The notes below the pieces were generated by a model. The model saw only the letters and a program-made list of their open reading frames with translations. It had not been told where the DNA came from and did no database searches. The position numbers and the translations under genes were made by a program. DNA of 64,000 nucleotides from Candidatus Hydrogenedentota bacterium (GTDB lineage: Bacteria; Hydrogenedentota; Hydrogenedentia; Hydrogenedentales; SLHB01), in NCBI GenBank assembly GCA_045863295.1, contig BTWA01000024.1:1-64000 (forward strand), read 5' to 3'. Within the stretch, counting starts at the first letter, position 1. Each line of letters starts with the position of its first letter. Positions 50,572-59,793 of the stretch are shown here, piece by piece.

Positions 50572-52248
50572 ATGAGTGCCAACAATGAAAAACCCATTAT
50601 TGTGCAGTCCGACCGGTCCATTTTGCTGGAAACGGACGGCCCCTGTTTCGAAGAAGCGCGCGACGCGATTGCGGCGTTCGCCGAACTGATCAAGTCACCT
50701 GAACACATCCACACCTACCGGATTACTCCGTTGTCCCTATGGAATGCGGCGGCTGCCGGCATGAGTGCCGCCGAGATGGTGGATAGTCTCCGGCGGTATA
50801 GCCGCTATGAAGTGCCGGAGAACGTCATCAGGGACATCCAGGACAATGTGTCGCGGTATGGGCGTTTGAAGCTGTACAGACAGAACGATCAGCTGGTTCT
50901 GGAATCCGAAGACACACTTCTCATCACCGAATTGCTTAGCCACAAATCCATTCAGCCGTTTGTCAGTGGCTCGCCGGACAATAAGCGCATCTTTGTCAAG
51001 GCCGCGGATCGGGGCAACGTCAAAAGCGCGCTCATCAAAATCGGCTTTCCGGTGGAGGATCTCGCCGGCTACGTCGAAGGCGCTCCACTTCCAATTGAAT
51101 TAAGGCAGACAACCTTGGGGGGCAAGCCATTCGGCTTGCGTCAGTATCAACAGGAGGCCGTCGAAGCGTTCTACATGCGCGGGTCAAATCATGGCGGCAG
51201 CGGCGTCGTTGTGCTGCCGTGCGGCGCAGGCAAGACCGTTGTCGGCATCGGTGCCATACACCGCCTGCAAACCCAAACGCTGGTACTCACCACCAATACC
51301 GTGGCCCTGCGCCAATGGCGCAACGAATTGCTCGACAAGACCACCATCACCGAGGATCTCCTTGGCGAATACAGCGGCGAAACAAAAGAAATCCGGCCGG
51401 TGACCTTTGCCACCTATCAGGTGCTTACCTATCGGCGTGTTAAAGACGGACCGTTCGTACACTTCAGCCTCTTTGACGATGGAAACTGGGGCCTGATTCT
51501 GTATGACGAGGTACACCTCCTGCCTGCACCCGTATTCCGCGCGACAGCAGCCCTGCAAGCGCGCCGCCGCTTGGGCTTGACGGCGACACTCGTGCGTGAA
51601 GACGCGCGAGAAGACGATGTGTTCAGTCTGATCGGTCCAAAGAAATACGACATGCCATGGAAGGTGTTGGAAAAACAAGGCTGGATTGCCCAAGCCGTAT
51701 GCAGCGAGGTGCGTGTTCCACTACCCGAAGACGAACGGTACCGGTATGCCGTTAGCGACAAGCGAGGGAAGTTCCGCATCGCGTCGACCAACCCCGTCAA
51801 AGTCAGCATCTGCGAGCAATTGGCCAAGAAACACAAAGATGACAACGTTTTGATTATCGGACAGTATCTCGACCAGTTGCGGGTATTGTCGAAACACTTC
51901 AAAGCACCGATTATCACGGGACAAACCGCCAATAAGCGGCGCGAAGAGTTGTTTCGCGATTTCAGAACGGGCAAATCAAAATTGTTGATTGTCTCGAAAG
52001 TGGCCAACTTCGCCATTGATCTGCCCGATGCCAATGTTGCCATCCAAGTGAGCGGGACCTTCGGCTCCCGCCAGGAGGAAGCCCAGAGGCTCGGACGTAT
52101 CTTGCGCCCGAAAAGTGAGAACACCACCGCGCGTTTCTACAGTCTGGTCTCACGTGATACGTGCGACCAGGATTACAGCGTAAAACGGCAACTGTTCTTG
52201 ACCGAGCAGGGATATCGATACGAGATCAAGAACGCCGAGGAACTTTAA
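50572..52248 (+). CDS. XPB/Rad25-like DNA repair helicase
   Basis: P.IVQSD.SILLE, KSPEHIHTYRITPLSLWNA, LPCGAGKT, DEVH, LGLTATLVRED, GSRQEEAQRLGRILRPK. Confidence 0.95.
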   Translation: MSANNEKPIIVQSDRSILLETDGPCFEEARDAIAAFAELIKSPEHIHTYRITPLSLWNAAAAGMSAAEMVDSLRRYSRYEVPENVIRDIQDNVSRYGRLKLYRQNDQLVLESEDTLLITELLSHKSIQPFVSGSPDNKRIFVKAADRGNVKSALIKIGFPVEDLAGYVEGAPLPIELRQTTLGGKPFGLRQYQQEAVEAFYMRGSNHGGSGVVVLPCGAGKTVVGIGAIHRLQTQTLVLTTNTVALRQWRNELLDKTTITEDLLGEYSGETKEIRPVTFATYQVLTYRRVKDGPFVHFSLFDDGNWGLILYDEVHLLPAPVFRATAALQARRRLGLTATLVREDAREDDVFSLIGPKKYDMPWKVLEKQGWIAQAVCSEVRVPLPEDERYRYAVSDKRGKFRIASTNPVKVSICEQLAKKHKDDNVLIIGQYLDQLRVLSKHFKAPIITGQTANKRREELFRDFRTGKSKLLIVSKVANFAIDLPDANVAIQVSGTFGSRQEEAQRLGRILRPKSENTTARFYSLVSRDTCDQDYSVKRQLFLTEQGYRYEIKNAEEL

Positions 52249-52260
52249 CCGGAGCCGGGC

Positions 52261-55200
52261 ATGGCCGACGCGCTGATCCTCACGGGACCGCATCGATCCG
52301 ATCGTTCCAATGCCGTTGACCGGCTCGTAGCGAATTCCTGGGGCCGTGTCCAATTCGTGTTGCCTACGCGCCAGGCGGCAAATCGGCGCTTGGACCGAAT
52401 CCTCGTGAATCATGCATTACCCGGGGCTTGGGGCCGGCCCGTGCTGTCTTTGGAAGATTTTGCCCGGTCCATCGTAACTACGCAGACCCCCACAATTGAT
52501 GTAATGGACGAACTGGACCGGCGGCTTATCCTCGAAGACACCTTGGCGCAACTACCCGAAAGCATAACCGGGAATCTGCCGGAAGGCGTCATCGACACGC
52601 CGGGATTTGTCGCCCATGTGCTTCGGATTATCACGCAACTGAAACAAGCGGCCGTAGACCCTGACGAATTTGCACTCAAAGTGGCAGCACGCTCAAAACC
52701 GTCCTGGATCGATCCCGTGGTTTCCGGCGTGTATGACGCCTATCAAAAGGCGCTCGAAAATACGACTTTGTTTGACCGCGTCGGCGTCTATTGGGTTGCC
52801 GCCAATATTTGCAGAACTGGATCACCTGACTGCCTGAAAGAAATAGACCTCATCGCGTTCGACGAGTTCGACGACTTCACTCCGTCGGAATTCCGGTTGA
52901 TTCAAGCACTGACTGCGGCAAGACCGGATGTGAGTCTGGTATTTGGCTTGTTGCTGGACACGCTTCAGCCGTCCATGGCCGAAGTGTATGCAATTCCCAA
53001 CCACACGTTCCAAAGTCTTCGAGTCGCGTTTCCCGAAGCAACACACAACGCGTTCGAAGAGTCTCATGCGGCCACTTTCACCGAATTCGCCGCTTCGAGT
53101 CTCTTCACGAGGGATCCAGCCCTCGTTCCGAGTGGCTTGCGGCCAAACCTGACACTGGCGCCAAAAGCCGATGGCCTGCAGGAAATCGAACACATCGCGC
53201 GGCAAACAAAAAAACTTGTGCTCGATGAAGGCGTTTCGCCCGACCACATCGTGGTGGCATTTCGTAATATTGGTGATGTAGCCGACACGCTACGCGGCGT
53301 CTTTCATGAGTTTGGCGTACCCGCAATCGTCGCGCACGATCCCTCACTCACGCAAAGCGCCATCGTAAGTTTCGTTTTAAATCTTCTTGCTGCAACTACC
53401 GCGTGGCCGCGGGACGCAGTGGCCGATGCGCTCATGTCGCCCTGGTATCAGCCCGATAATGGACTCACGCAGGATCAACGGCAGTGGGTGGCACGTTTAG
53501 CGTTGGAAGCAGGTATTGTCTCGGGTCGCGCGGAATGGATTTCGAAATTGTCTGCTTTGCAGGACCGTCTGCAAAAGCAACACGAGTACACCGATCATCT
53601 TCGCCGTAGGCTGCCGGACTCACACTCGCTGCTTCAAAAAGTCATCGATGAAGTGAAACGCTTGAGCAACTGGTCGGATTCAATGCCGCGGGAAGGTCGC
53701 TTACAGCATCACGCCGCCGCACTGCTGGCTTCGTTGAACCTCCTGGGATTGGACCGGGGTTTAGCGCAATACCCGGTCCAGGAAATCGCGGAGCCCGAAG
53801 CGCGTGCCTTGAAAGCCTTTACACGAATCCTCATCCGGCTGGCGGAATGGACAGGAGTTGGGCGGGGCGACCTGGATCGCAACGCATTCGCACTCCAATT
53901 GCGCCAGGCATTGCGACTTGCCACCTATGCACTGCCCCGCCCGGATTCCGGCGTGCGATGCATCGATCTCGAGTCACTCCGCCACACGCCAGCAAAGTAT
54001 GTCTTCATAGGAGGCGCCAATGAGGGAAGTATTCCTAGGCCGCCATCCCTCAACGCCGTCTATTCGGATGCCGACTGCGTTGACCTGCATCAGGCGGGAA
54101 TCGCCATCGATAGCAAAGGTGAACACATCTCACGCGAAATGCTGCAGTTTCACCACGCCTTGTCCTCTGCCGTCGAGGCCCTGGAGATTACCTGGCGGTT
54201 GAGCACACGGCAGGGCAAAGTAACGGCAGAAAGTCCCTTTGTCAGCGATCTCAAATCGTTGCTGGGAGAACACCTGGCGCTCAAACGTGGAAGCACGTCC
54301 GATTTTGTACCCCCCGCGAATAGCATTGGCTCAAACCGGGATTGGTGCAATGTCAACGTGGTCGCCGGGCAATTTGCAACCGTAACCGGTTGTTTTCCAA
54401 TGGTCATGCATGCTCTTCGGATTGAACGCGAGCGTCAATCCACCATGCCGTTCGGTATCTACGACGGAGTCATTCAGGCTTCCGAGTTAAAAGCCCGACT
54501 GAAAGAATCGTACGGTCCCGGCCACGTATTCAGTGTTAGTCAATTGGAGACATTTGCGGAATGTCCGTTCGCATTTTTTCTCGAAAGGGTTCTCGATGTC
54601 GTTTCATTGGAAGCGCCCGAATCCGATTTCGATCCCCGCGTTCGCGGGATGATTCTGCATCGCGTACTGGAATTGTTTCACAAGGAATATGCGGGTATCG
54701 GTGTCGCTTACATGAACAAGGACGACGCTTGGCGAAGCATGAAAGCTCATTTGCATACGCAATTTGATCGGTACGCGGAAATGGGAGGCACGTCTGAGGG
54801 CGTTCGAACCATGGAGCGGCTGCATGCCGAAAAGATTCTGCAGCGCTATCTGGCCGATCAAGTGAGTCAACGGCATGAAGTGTGGATGCCCACGCACTTC
54901 GAAGTGGGGTTTGGCCGTTTGCGTGGCGCAGCCGCCACGCCGCCGGGCCGCGTGGATCCTTACGTATTTCACACCGCCGGTGACAAACTGCTCTTTTCTG
55001 GCCGAATCGACCGCGTGGACTCGTGCCAGGATGGCCTGCGTATAGTCGATTACAAGACGAAACTGCGGGTAACAGGTGCAAAACTGAGAGACGGCGTGAA
55101 CCTTCAGCTTGGCGTCTATGCCGATGCCATGGATCAGTACCTGTTTCCGGAAGAGAAGTGCACCGAAGCGATATATCTGGAAATTGGAAGCGATGAGATC

Positions 55201-55407
55201 GTGGGCGCGCACGCCAAGAGCAAGATTAACGTGGATAGACTGCGAACAATCGCGCAGGAAAAGTGCGGTGTATACGTGGGCTTGATTCGAACGGGGAGCT
55301 TTCCTCCCACGAGTTACGATCACAAACTGCCTTATGCCCATCGTGCACACAGGCCGTGCAGATTCGATCGTACACGCATTGAACGGAAGGAATCGGCGTC
55401 CTCGTGA
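52261..55407 (+). CDS. addB: AddB/RexB-like helicase-nuclease subunit B (inactive helicase plus PD-(D/E)xK nuclease)
   Basis: Degenerate Walker A, DEFDDFT..E, FSVSQLE.F.ECPF.FF, RG..LH, E..FG, GRIDRVD, IVDYK, QL.VY. Confidence 0.85.
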   Translation: MADALILTGPHRSDRSNAVDRLVANSWGRVQFVLPTRQAANRRLDRILVNHALPGAWGRPVLSLEDFARSIVTTQTPTIDVMDELDRRLILEDTLAQLPESITGNLPEGVIDTPGFVAHVLRIITQLKQAAVDPDEFALKVAARSKPSWIDPVVSGVYDAYQKALENTTLFDRVGVYWVAANICRTGSPDCLKEIDLIAFDEFDDFTPSEFRLIQALTAARPDVSLVFGLLLDTLQPSMAEVYAIPNHTFQSLRVAFPEATHNAFEESHAATFTEFAASSLFTRDPALVPSGLRPNLTLAPKADGLQEIEHIARQTKKLVLDEGVSPDHIVVAFRNIGDVADTLRGVFHEFGVPAIVAHDPSLTQSAIVSFVLNLLAATTAWPRDAVADALMSPWYQPDNGLTQDQRQWVARLALEAGIVSGRAEWISKLSALQDRLQKQHEYTDHLRRRLPDSHSLLQKVIDEVKRLSNWSDSMPREGRLQHHAAALLASLNLLGLDRGLAQYPVQEIAEPEARALKAFTRILIRLAEWTGVGRGDLDRNAFALQLRQALRLATYALPRPDSGVRCIDLESLRHTPAKYVFIGGANEGSIPRPPSLNAVYSDADCVDLHQAGIAIDSKGEHISREMLQFHHALSSAVEALEITWRLSTRQGKVTAESPFVSDLKSLLGEHLALKRGSTSDFVPPANSIGSNRDWCNVNVVAGQFATVTGCFPMVMHALRIERERQSTMPFGIYDGVIQASELKARLKESYGPGHVFSVSQLETFAECPFAFFLERVLDVVSLEAPESDFDPRVRGMILHRVLELFHKEYAGIGVAYMNKDDAWRSMKAHLHTQFDRYAEMGGTSEGVRTMERLHAEKILQRYLADQVSQRHEVWMPTHFEVGFGRLRGAAATPPGRVDPYVFHTAGDKLLFSGRIDRVDSCQDGLRIVDYKTKLRVTGAKLRDGVNLQLGVYADAMDQYLFPEEKCTEAIYLEIGSDEIVGAHAKSKINVDRLRTIAQEKCGVYVGLIRTGSFPPTSYDHKLPYAHRAHRPCRFDRTRIERKESASS

Positions 55408-58400
55408 AACCGACTCCAAGCCAAACTCGCGCAGTAAAAACCGACGCCCGATACGTATGCGTCGATGCCGGCGCGGGGTCGGGAAAGACCCGTGTGCTTA
55501 TCGAGCGAATAGTGGATCGTCTCGCCCGGAGGGAATGCGGCTTAGAGCAGATGGTCGCTATCACATTCACGGAAAAGGCGGCTCTGGAAATGAAGGAACG
55601 CCTGCGGATCGCATGCCGCATGCGCGCCAAGGCAGCCGAGCAGAATCCGAACGAGCAATCGTATTGGCGCACCTTGGAGCGCGGAGCGGATACAGCGCGA
55701 ATCACCACTATTCACAGCTTTTGCATGGCCATCGTGAAAGAGCACGCCCTACGGCTCGGCATGGATCCGGATTTCGCGATTTTGGAGGAGACGGACGCAT
55801 ACCTCCTGCTACGAGATACCGTGGAATCGAGCCTGCGCGAATTATACGACAAAGGGTTTGAGCCTGCGCTACGTTTGGCGGTCGAGTTTGGCGGCGCCGC
55901 GTTGGCAGCCATTGCCATGGATTTGATGGGACGGCATGGCTTGGCGGCGAGGTTGTGGGCCGAGGAACACGGCGATACCACGCCTGAAGCATTGGCTGAA
56001 GTTTGGAAAGCACGGATCGAGAAACAGAATCAGGATCAGGCAGACGCACTTCGAGAATGTCCGGAACTGGCAAGGTTGTATTCCGAGGTCATGGAACTCA
56101 AAGCCGAGTGCCACAATACAAAGGATAAACGCGAAGTGTCTCGCGCGCTCCTTGAATGGGCAATTCGGGAAATACAAAGTGGTAGTCCAAACAGAGTGAC
56201 GGCATCTTTGGGGCGATTGAGGGAGGTAGACGGACGTACCGGCTCAAAGTCCAATTGGAGTTCCATGGAAGCGTTTAAACGTCCCATAGAAATACGGGAC
56301 CGCGTTAAGGAAATTGGTGACGAATACACTATCATTGAATTCCTGCCGGAGCGCGAACTAACGGCAGCGCAAGCAACGCTTGATCTCGCGGCCGTGCTGA
56401 CTGCCATCGACAATGACTTTGTCAAAGCCAAACAACGGATGAATGTTGCGGATTTCGACGATTTGCTGTCCGAAGCGCATCGCATACTGTCGGCTCACGA
56501 AGCAATTCGTGCCGACGTGGCCGAGGGTATTCGGCATTTGTTTGTCGATGAATTCCAGGACACCGACAGCCTTCAGTACTCCATTGTGTCATTACTAGCA
56601 AGTGGCTCACAGGGCGTGTCCCGGTTTATCGTCGGGGATGCCAAGCAGTCCATATATCTTTTTCGCGGCGCCGAAGTAGATGTGTTCCAGCGCGCTCGCT
56701 TGGAAGCGGATGAACGCATTCGCCTTGGCGTCAATTTCCGGTCGTTGCCCAATGTGTTCGCTTTCATTGACGATTTCTACAGGCACACCAATTTGTTGGC
56801 TTCGGTCGAACCGGAATACTCCGAAACTGAAACAAGTCGATCTCCGGTTGGCGATGCCCGCATTGAGTTTTTGATTCCCGATCCTATTCCAGATGATGAA
56901 CATGAAGAAGCGAACGCGGAGGCCTACCGGCGTCTCGACGCAGCCATGATCGCATCCCGCATCAAGTCCCTGTGCGCTCCTTCAACCGGAATCGATATCG
57001 CAGACCCGGCAACGGGCTCAATACGCAAAGCAGCCTATGGAGACATTGCCCTGTTGTTCCGTTCGTTTTCAAACGTGCCGTTGTATGAACGCACCCTGCG
57101 TGAAGCAGGAATCCCTTTCACGGTCGTTGCTGGCACGGGTTATTACGAACGTCAGGAAGTATTGGACTTGCGAAATCTGCTCTCCGTGGTCGCCGATCCC
57201 TGGAACGAAATGGCCTTGCTCGCCGTATTGCGCGGACCTTTTGTCGGCATTTCTGATGAAACCTTATTGCGCTTGCGGCTAACCCCTTCCGGCAACATCG
57301 CTCGGGCATTCTACGGTGAAATTGTAACCGGTGTGGACACGGAAGATGATTTGCTCGCGGCTGGACGCCTCCTGCTGGCCGATTTGCGCGCACGCGCGGA
57401 ATGGCCCCCGACCGCTTTGCTTCGGTATATCCTCGAGCGCACCCAATTTGAAGCCATGCAACTGGGGCAATTTCTCGGCGTTCAAAAGGCCAGTAACGTG
57501 CGAAAAGTCTTGGATCTGGCGGAAGGATATGTCCGGTCGCATTCACCGTCATTGCCGGCATTTCTGCGTTTCCTGGCCGAGGCGGCGGCCGAGGAGATTC
57601 GCGAAGGCGAAGTATCTCTCCAAGTCGAAGACAACCAGTCTGTCATCGTAATGACCGTGCACAAATCAAAAGGGCTCGAATTCCCCATTGTCTTCATTCC
57701 AGACATGTCGCGTAAATCGGAACCGGCCGCTACAGCGCATGCCCTGTCGGAGCGATCGCTTGGCTTGGCCGTGCGCGTGCCGGATACGCGTGGCAAGACG
57801 GATTCCTCCGCCATGTTTACCCTTATCAATCAAAAGCGCAAGCAAGCCGAACGCCAGGAGAGTGCCCGTGTGCTGTATGTGGCCATGACTCGCGCACGGG
57901 ATTACCTCGTGCTCAGTGGCTCGCCAAAGCCGACAGCAAATTCCTGGTTTGAGCCAATGAAAGCGCGCTGGGATCTGGCCAATGTGCAGGATGGGACCGT
58001 CATTGAAGGCATGGGGTGGAAGGGCAGGGTGGTTCGGCGCGTCAACCCGACGACTGCCGAATTCGAACCGCAAGAAACCTCTACGCCGGTGGATCAAGCA
58101 AGTGCTTCACGCGTTGCCCCCATTGCCGCGCCAAGGGCGAATGACGCAGTGTGGCGTGCAACTGCGATTGCGGCGATACTGGCGGAAACATCGGAGATCG
58201 ACGAACCGTGTTCAGTGTCCGGTTCAAAGGACTACTCGCTGGATTCCACTGTGCGCGGTGATTTGGTACATCGATTTTTTGATCGCCTCCACCACGGAAA
58301 CACGCCGGAATCGGCCTCGGCCAGCATCGCGCGGGAGGCAGGCCTCCACGGTCCCGCCCGGCAAGCATTTGAAGAAGATTTGTTGTCCATGAATTGCCGT

Positions 58401-58778
58401 TTCTCCCGGTATATCGCCGACCAAGGCTGGCTCGGCCGGGCGATGCAGGGAGTCGAGGTGCCGTTTACGTTGCAGGTAAACGGGCACATCATCCGTGGGG
58501 CGGTCGATCTGGTATTGCCCGACGGTTCCATTCTCGATTACAAAACAGGCGCACACCGGAAGGCAACGCACGCCAAGTACGAATGGCAACTGCGCATCTA
58601 TGCCATAGCCATGAAAACAATTCGTGGCGTTGCGCCGCCACGCGCGTTCGTGTTCTACGTGGATGAACGAGAGAAGGGCGAACTGGTTTCCGTGGATGTG
58701 TCGCCGGCTTGCCTTACCGGCGGTTTCGATCAAGTTGCGGCCGTATTGAATTCATCGCACCCGGGCCCAAACGGATGA
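55404..58778 (+). CDS. addA: AddA/RexA-like UvrD helicase-nuclease subunit A
   Basis: AGAGSGKT, AITFTEKAA.EM, TIHSFC, VDEFQDT, VGDAKQSIY.FRGA, MTVHKSKGLEF, LYVAMTRARD, G.VD...DYKTG..QL.IY; GTGA overlap with addB. Confidence 0.9.
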   Translation: MKPTPSQTRAVKTDARYVCVDAGAGSGKTRVLIERIVDRLARRECGLEQMVAITFTEKAALEMKERLRIACRMRAKAAEQNPNEQSYWRTLERGADTARITTIHSFCMAIVKEHALRLGMDPDFAILEETDAYLLLRDTVESSLRELYDKGFEPALRLAVEFGGAALAAIAMDLMGRHGLAARLWAEEHGDTTPEALAEVWKARIEKQNQDQADALRECPELARLYSEVMELKAECHNTKDKREVSRALLEWAIREIQSGSPNRVTASLGRLREVDGRTGSKSNWSSMEAFKRPIEIRDRVKEIGDEYTIIEFLPERELTAAQATLDLAAVLTAIDNDFVKAKQRMNVADFDDLLSEAHRILSAHEAIRADVAEGIRHLFVDEFQDTDSLQYSIVSLLASGSQGVSRFIVGDAKQSIYLFRGAEVDVFQRARLEADERIRLGVNFRSLPNVFAFIDDFYRHTNLLASVEPEYSETETSRSPVGDARIEFLIPDPIPDDEHEEANAEAYRRLDAAMIASRIKSLCAPSTGIDIADPATGSIRKAAYGDIALLFRSFSNVPLYERTLREAGIPFTVVAGTGYYERQEVLDLRNLLSVVADPWNEMALLAVLRGPFVGISDETLLRLRLTPSGNIARAFYGEIVTGVDTEDDLLAAGRLLLADLRARAEWPPTALLRYILERTQFEAMQLGQFLGVQKASNVRKVLDLAEGYVRSHSPSLPAFLRFLAEAAAEEIREGEVSLQVEDNQSVIVMTVHKSKGLEFPIVFIPDMSRKSEPAATAHALSERSLGLAVRVPDTRGKTDSSAMFTLINQKRKQAERQESARVLYVAMTRARDYLVLSGSPKPTANSWFEPMKARWDLANVQDGTVIEGMGWKGRVVRRVNPTTAEFEPQETSTPVDQASASRVAPIAAPRANDAVWRATAIAAILAETSEIDEPCSVSGSKDYSLDSTVRGDLVHRFFDRLHHGNTPESASASIAREAGLHGPARQAFEEDLLSMNCRFSRYIADQGWLGRAMQGVEVPFTLQVNGHIIRGAVDLVLPDGSILDYKTGAHRKATHAKYEWQLRIYAIAMKTIRGVAPPRAFVFYVDEREKGELVSVDVSPACLTGGFDQVAAVLNSSHPGPNG

Positions 58779-59743
58779 ACCCCTTGGTACATCGTATGGT
58801 CTGGTTCGTTGCCATGACCTTGTGTGTCTTTCCAGTTGCCCTCGCGGATACCCTTCGTCAAGGAAAGTTTGAGATTACGTATGAGTCAAGAGACGCGGCT
58901 TATGCCACGGAGGCCCTGACACTTCTGGCCGAAGCCGCGGACGAGTTTGCCATGCGTCTGCCCATGGGAAATGCACCGGTGTTCGTCCACATCTGCTCCA
59001 CGCATGCCGCCTTCAGCAAGTTTGCCGGGCCGTTCGCGGAACCGGCTGTCGCGGCCGTGGCGTTGCCCGAAGCAAGCATCATTGCTGTCAAGACACGCGA
59101 CCTCATAGGCGGCCCGTCCGATTTTGACGGCACGTTGCGGCATGAATTTGTGCACGTACTTATCCATCGGAACTTCGCACCAGGTTCCATACCCCGATGG
59201 TTGAACGAGGGCATCTGTATGATGCTGGCAAGGGAACAACGGTGGAATGCCGCATACCAACTCGGGATGATGTACTGGTACAACCGGTTGCTTCCGTTAA
59301 ATTCCCTGGAGTTGGCATTCCTGGAACCAGGCAAGGAAATGGCCTTTGGAGACGCATACGCCCAAGCTCTATCCATGACCGAGTTTCTGCACAATCAACT
59401 GGGGGATGACACATTCTGGGCAATGGTAAAGGACCTGGAGACCACACCATTCGATATGTCTCTGCTACGGCACGGTAATCTTACTCTTGCTCAGTTTTAC
59501 GAGGATTGGCGTGCAACGCTTCGCGGATTTGCCGTTTTACTTTCCATTGTGTCAGGATTCAGCGTGTTTCATCTCATGGTAATCCTCGCCGTGTTTGCGT
59601 ACATTCGCAAGCGCCGAAAAGGACGGCGGCTCCTTGCCGCCTGGCGCGAAGAGGAAGCGGAACCTGAGGCGATCCGATTGCCATGGGATTACGAAACAGC
59701 GTCCGAAGACGAACCCTGGCGCGCGGACGACGATGATCGATAG
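58775..59743 (+). CDS. Peptidase MA-like zinc metallohydrolase with C-terminal TM helix
   Basis: Signal peptide; HEFVH, PRWLNEG, AY; ATGA overlap with addA. Confidence 0.85.
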   Translation: MNPLVHRMVWFVAMTLCVFPVALADTLRQGKFEITYESRDAAYATEALTLLAEAADEFAMRLPMGNAPVFVHICSTHAAFSKFAGPFAEPAVAAVALPEASIIAVKTRDLIGGPSDFDGTLRHEFVHVLIHRNFAPGSIPRWLNEGICMMLAREQRWNAAYQLGMMYWYNRLLPLNSLELAFLEPGKEMAFGDAYAQALSMTEFLHNQLGDDTFWAMVKDLETTPFDMSLLRHGNLTLAQFYEDWRATLRGFAVLLSIVSGFSVFHLMVILAVFAYIRKRRKGRRLLAAWREEEAEPEAIRLPWDYETASEDEPWRADDDDR

Positions 59744-59793
59744 CCCGCACCAGCACGGATGAACGGTGAATCGGCGTAGAGGTTTCAGTTGTT

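Noticed and set aside
52261..58778. Helicase-nuclease anti-phage defence system or Cas4
   Set aside because: The domain order and motifs match housekeeping AddAB, and there is no defence or CRISPR context.
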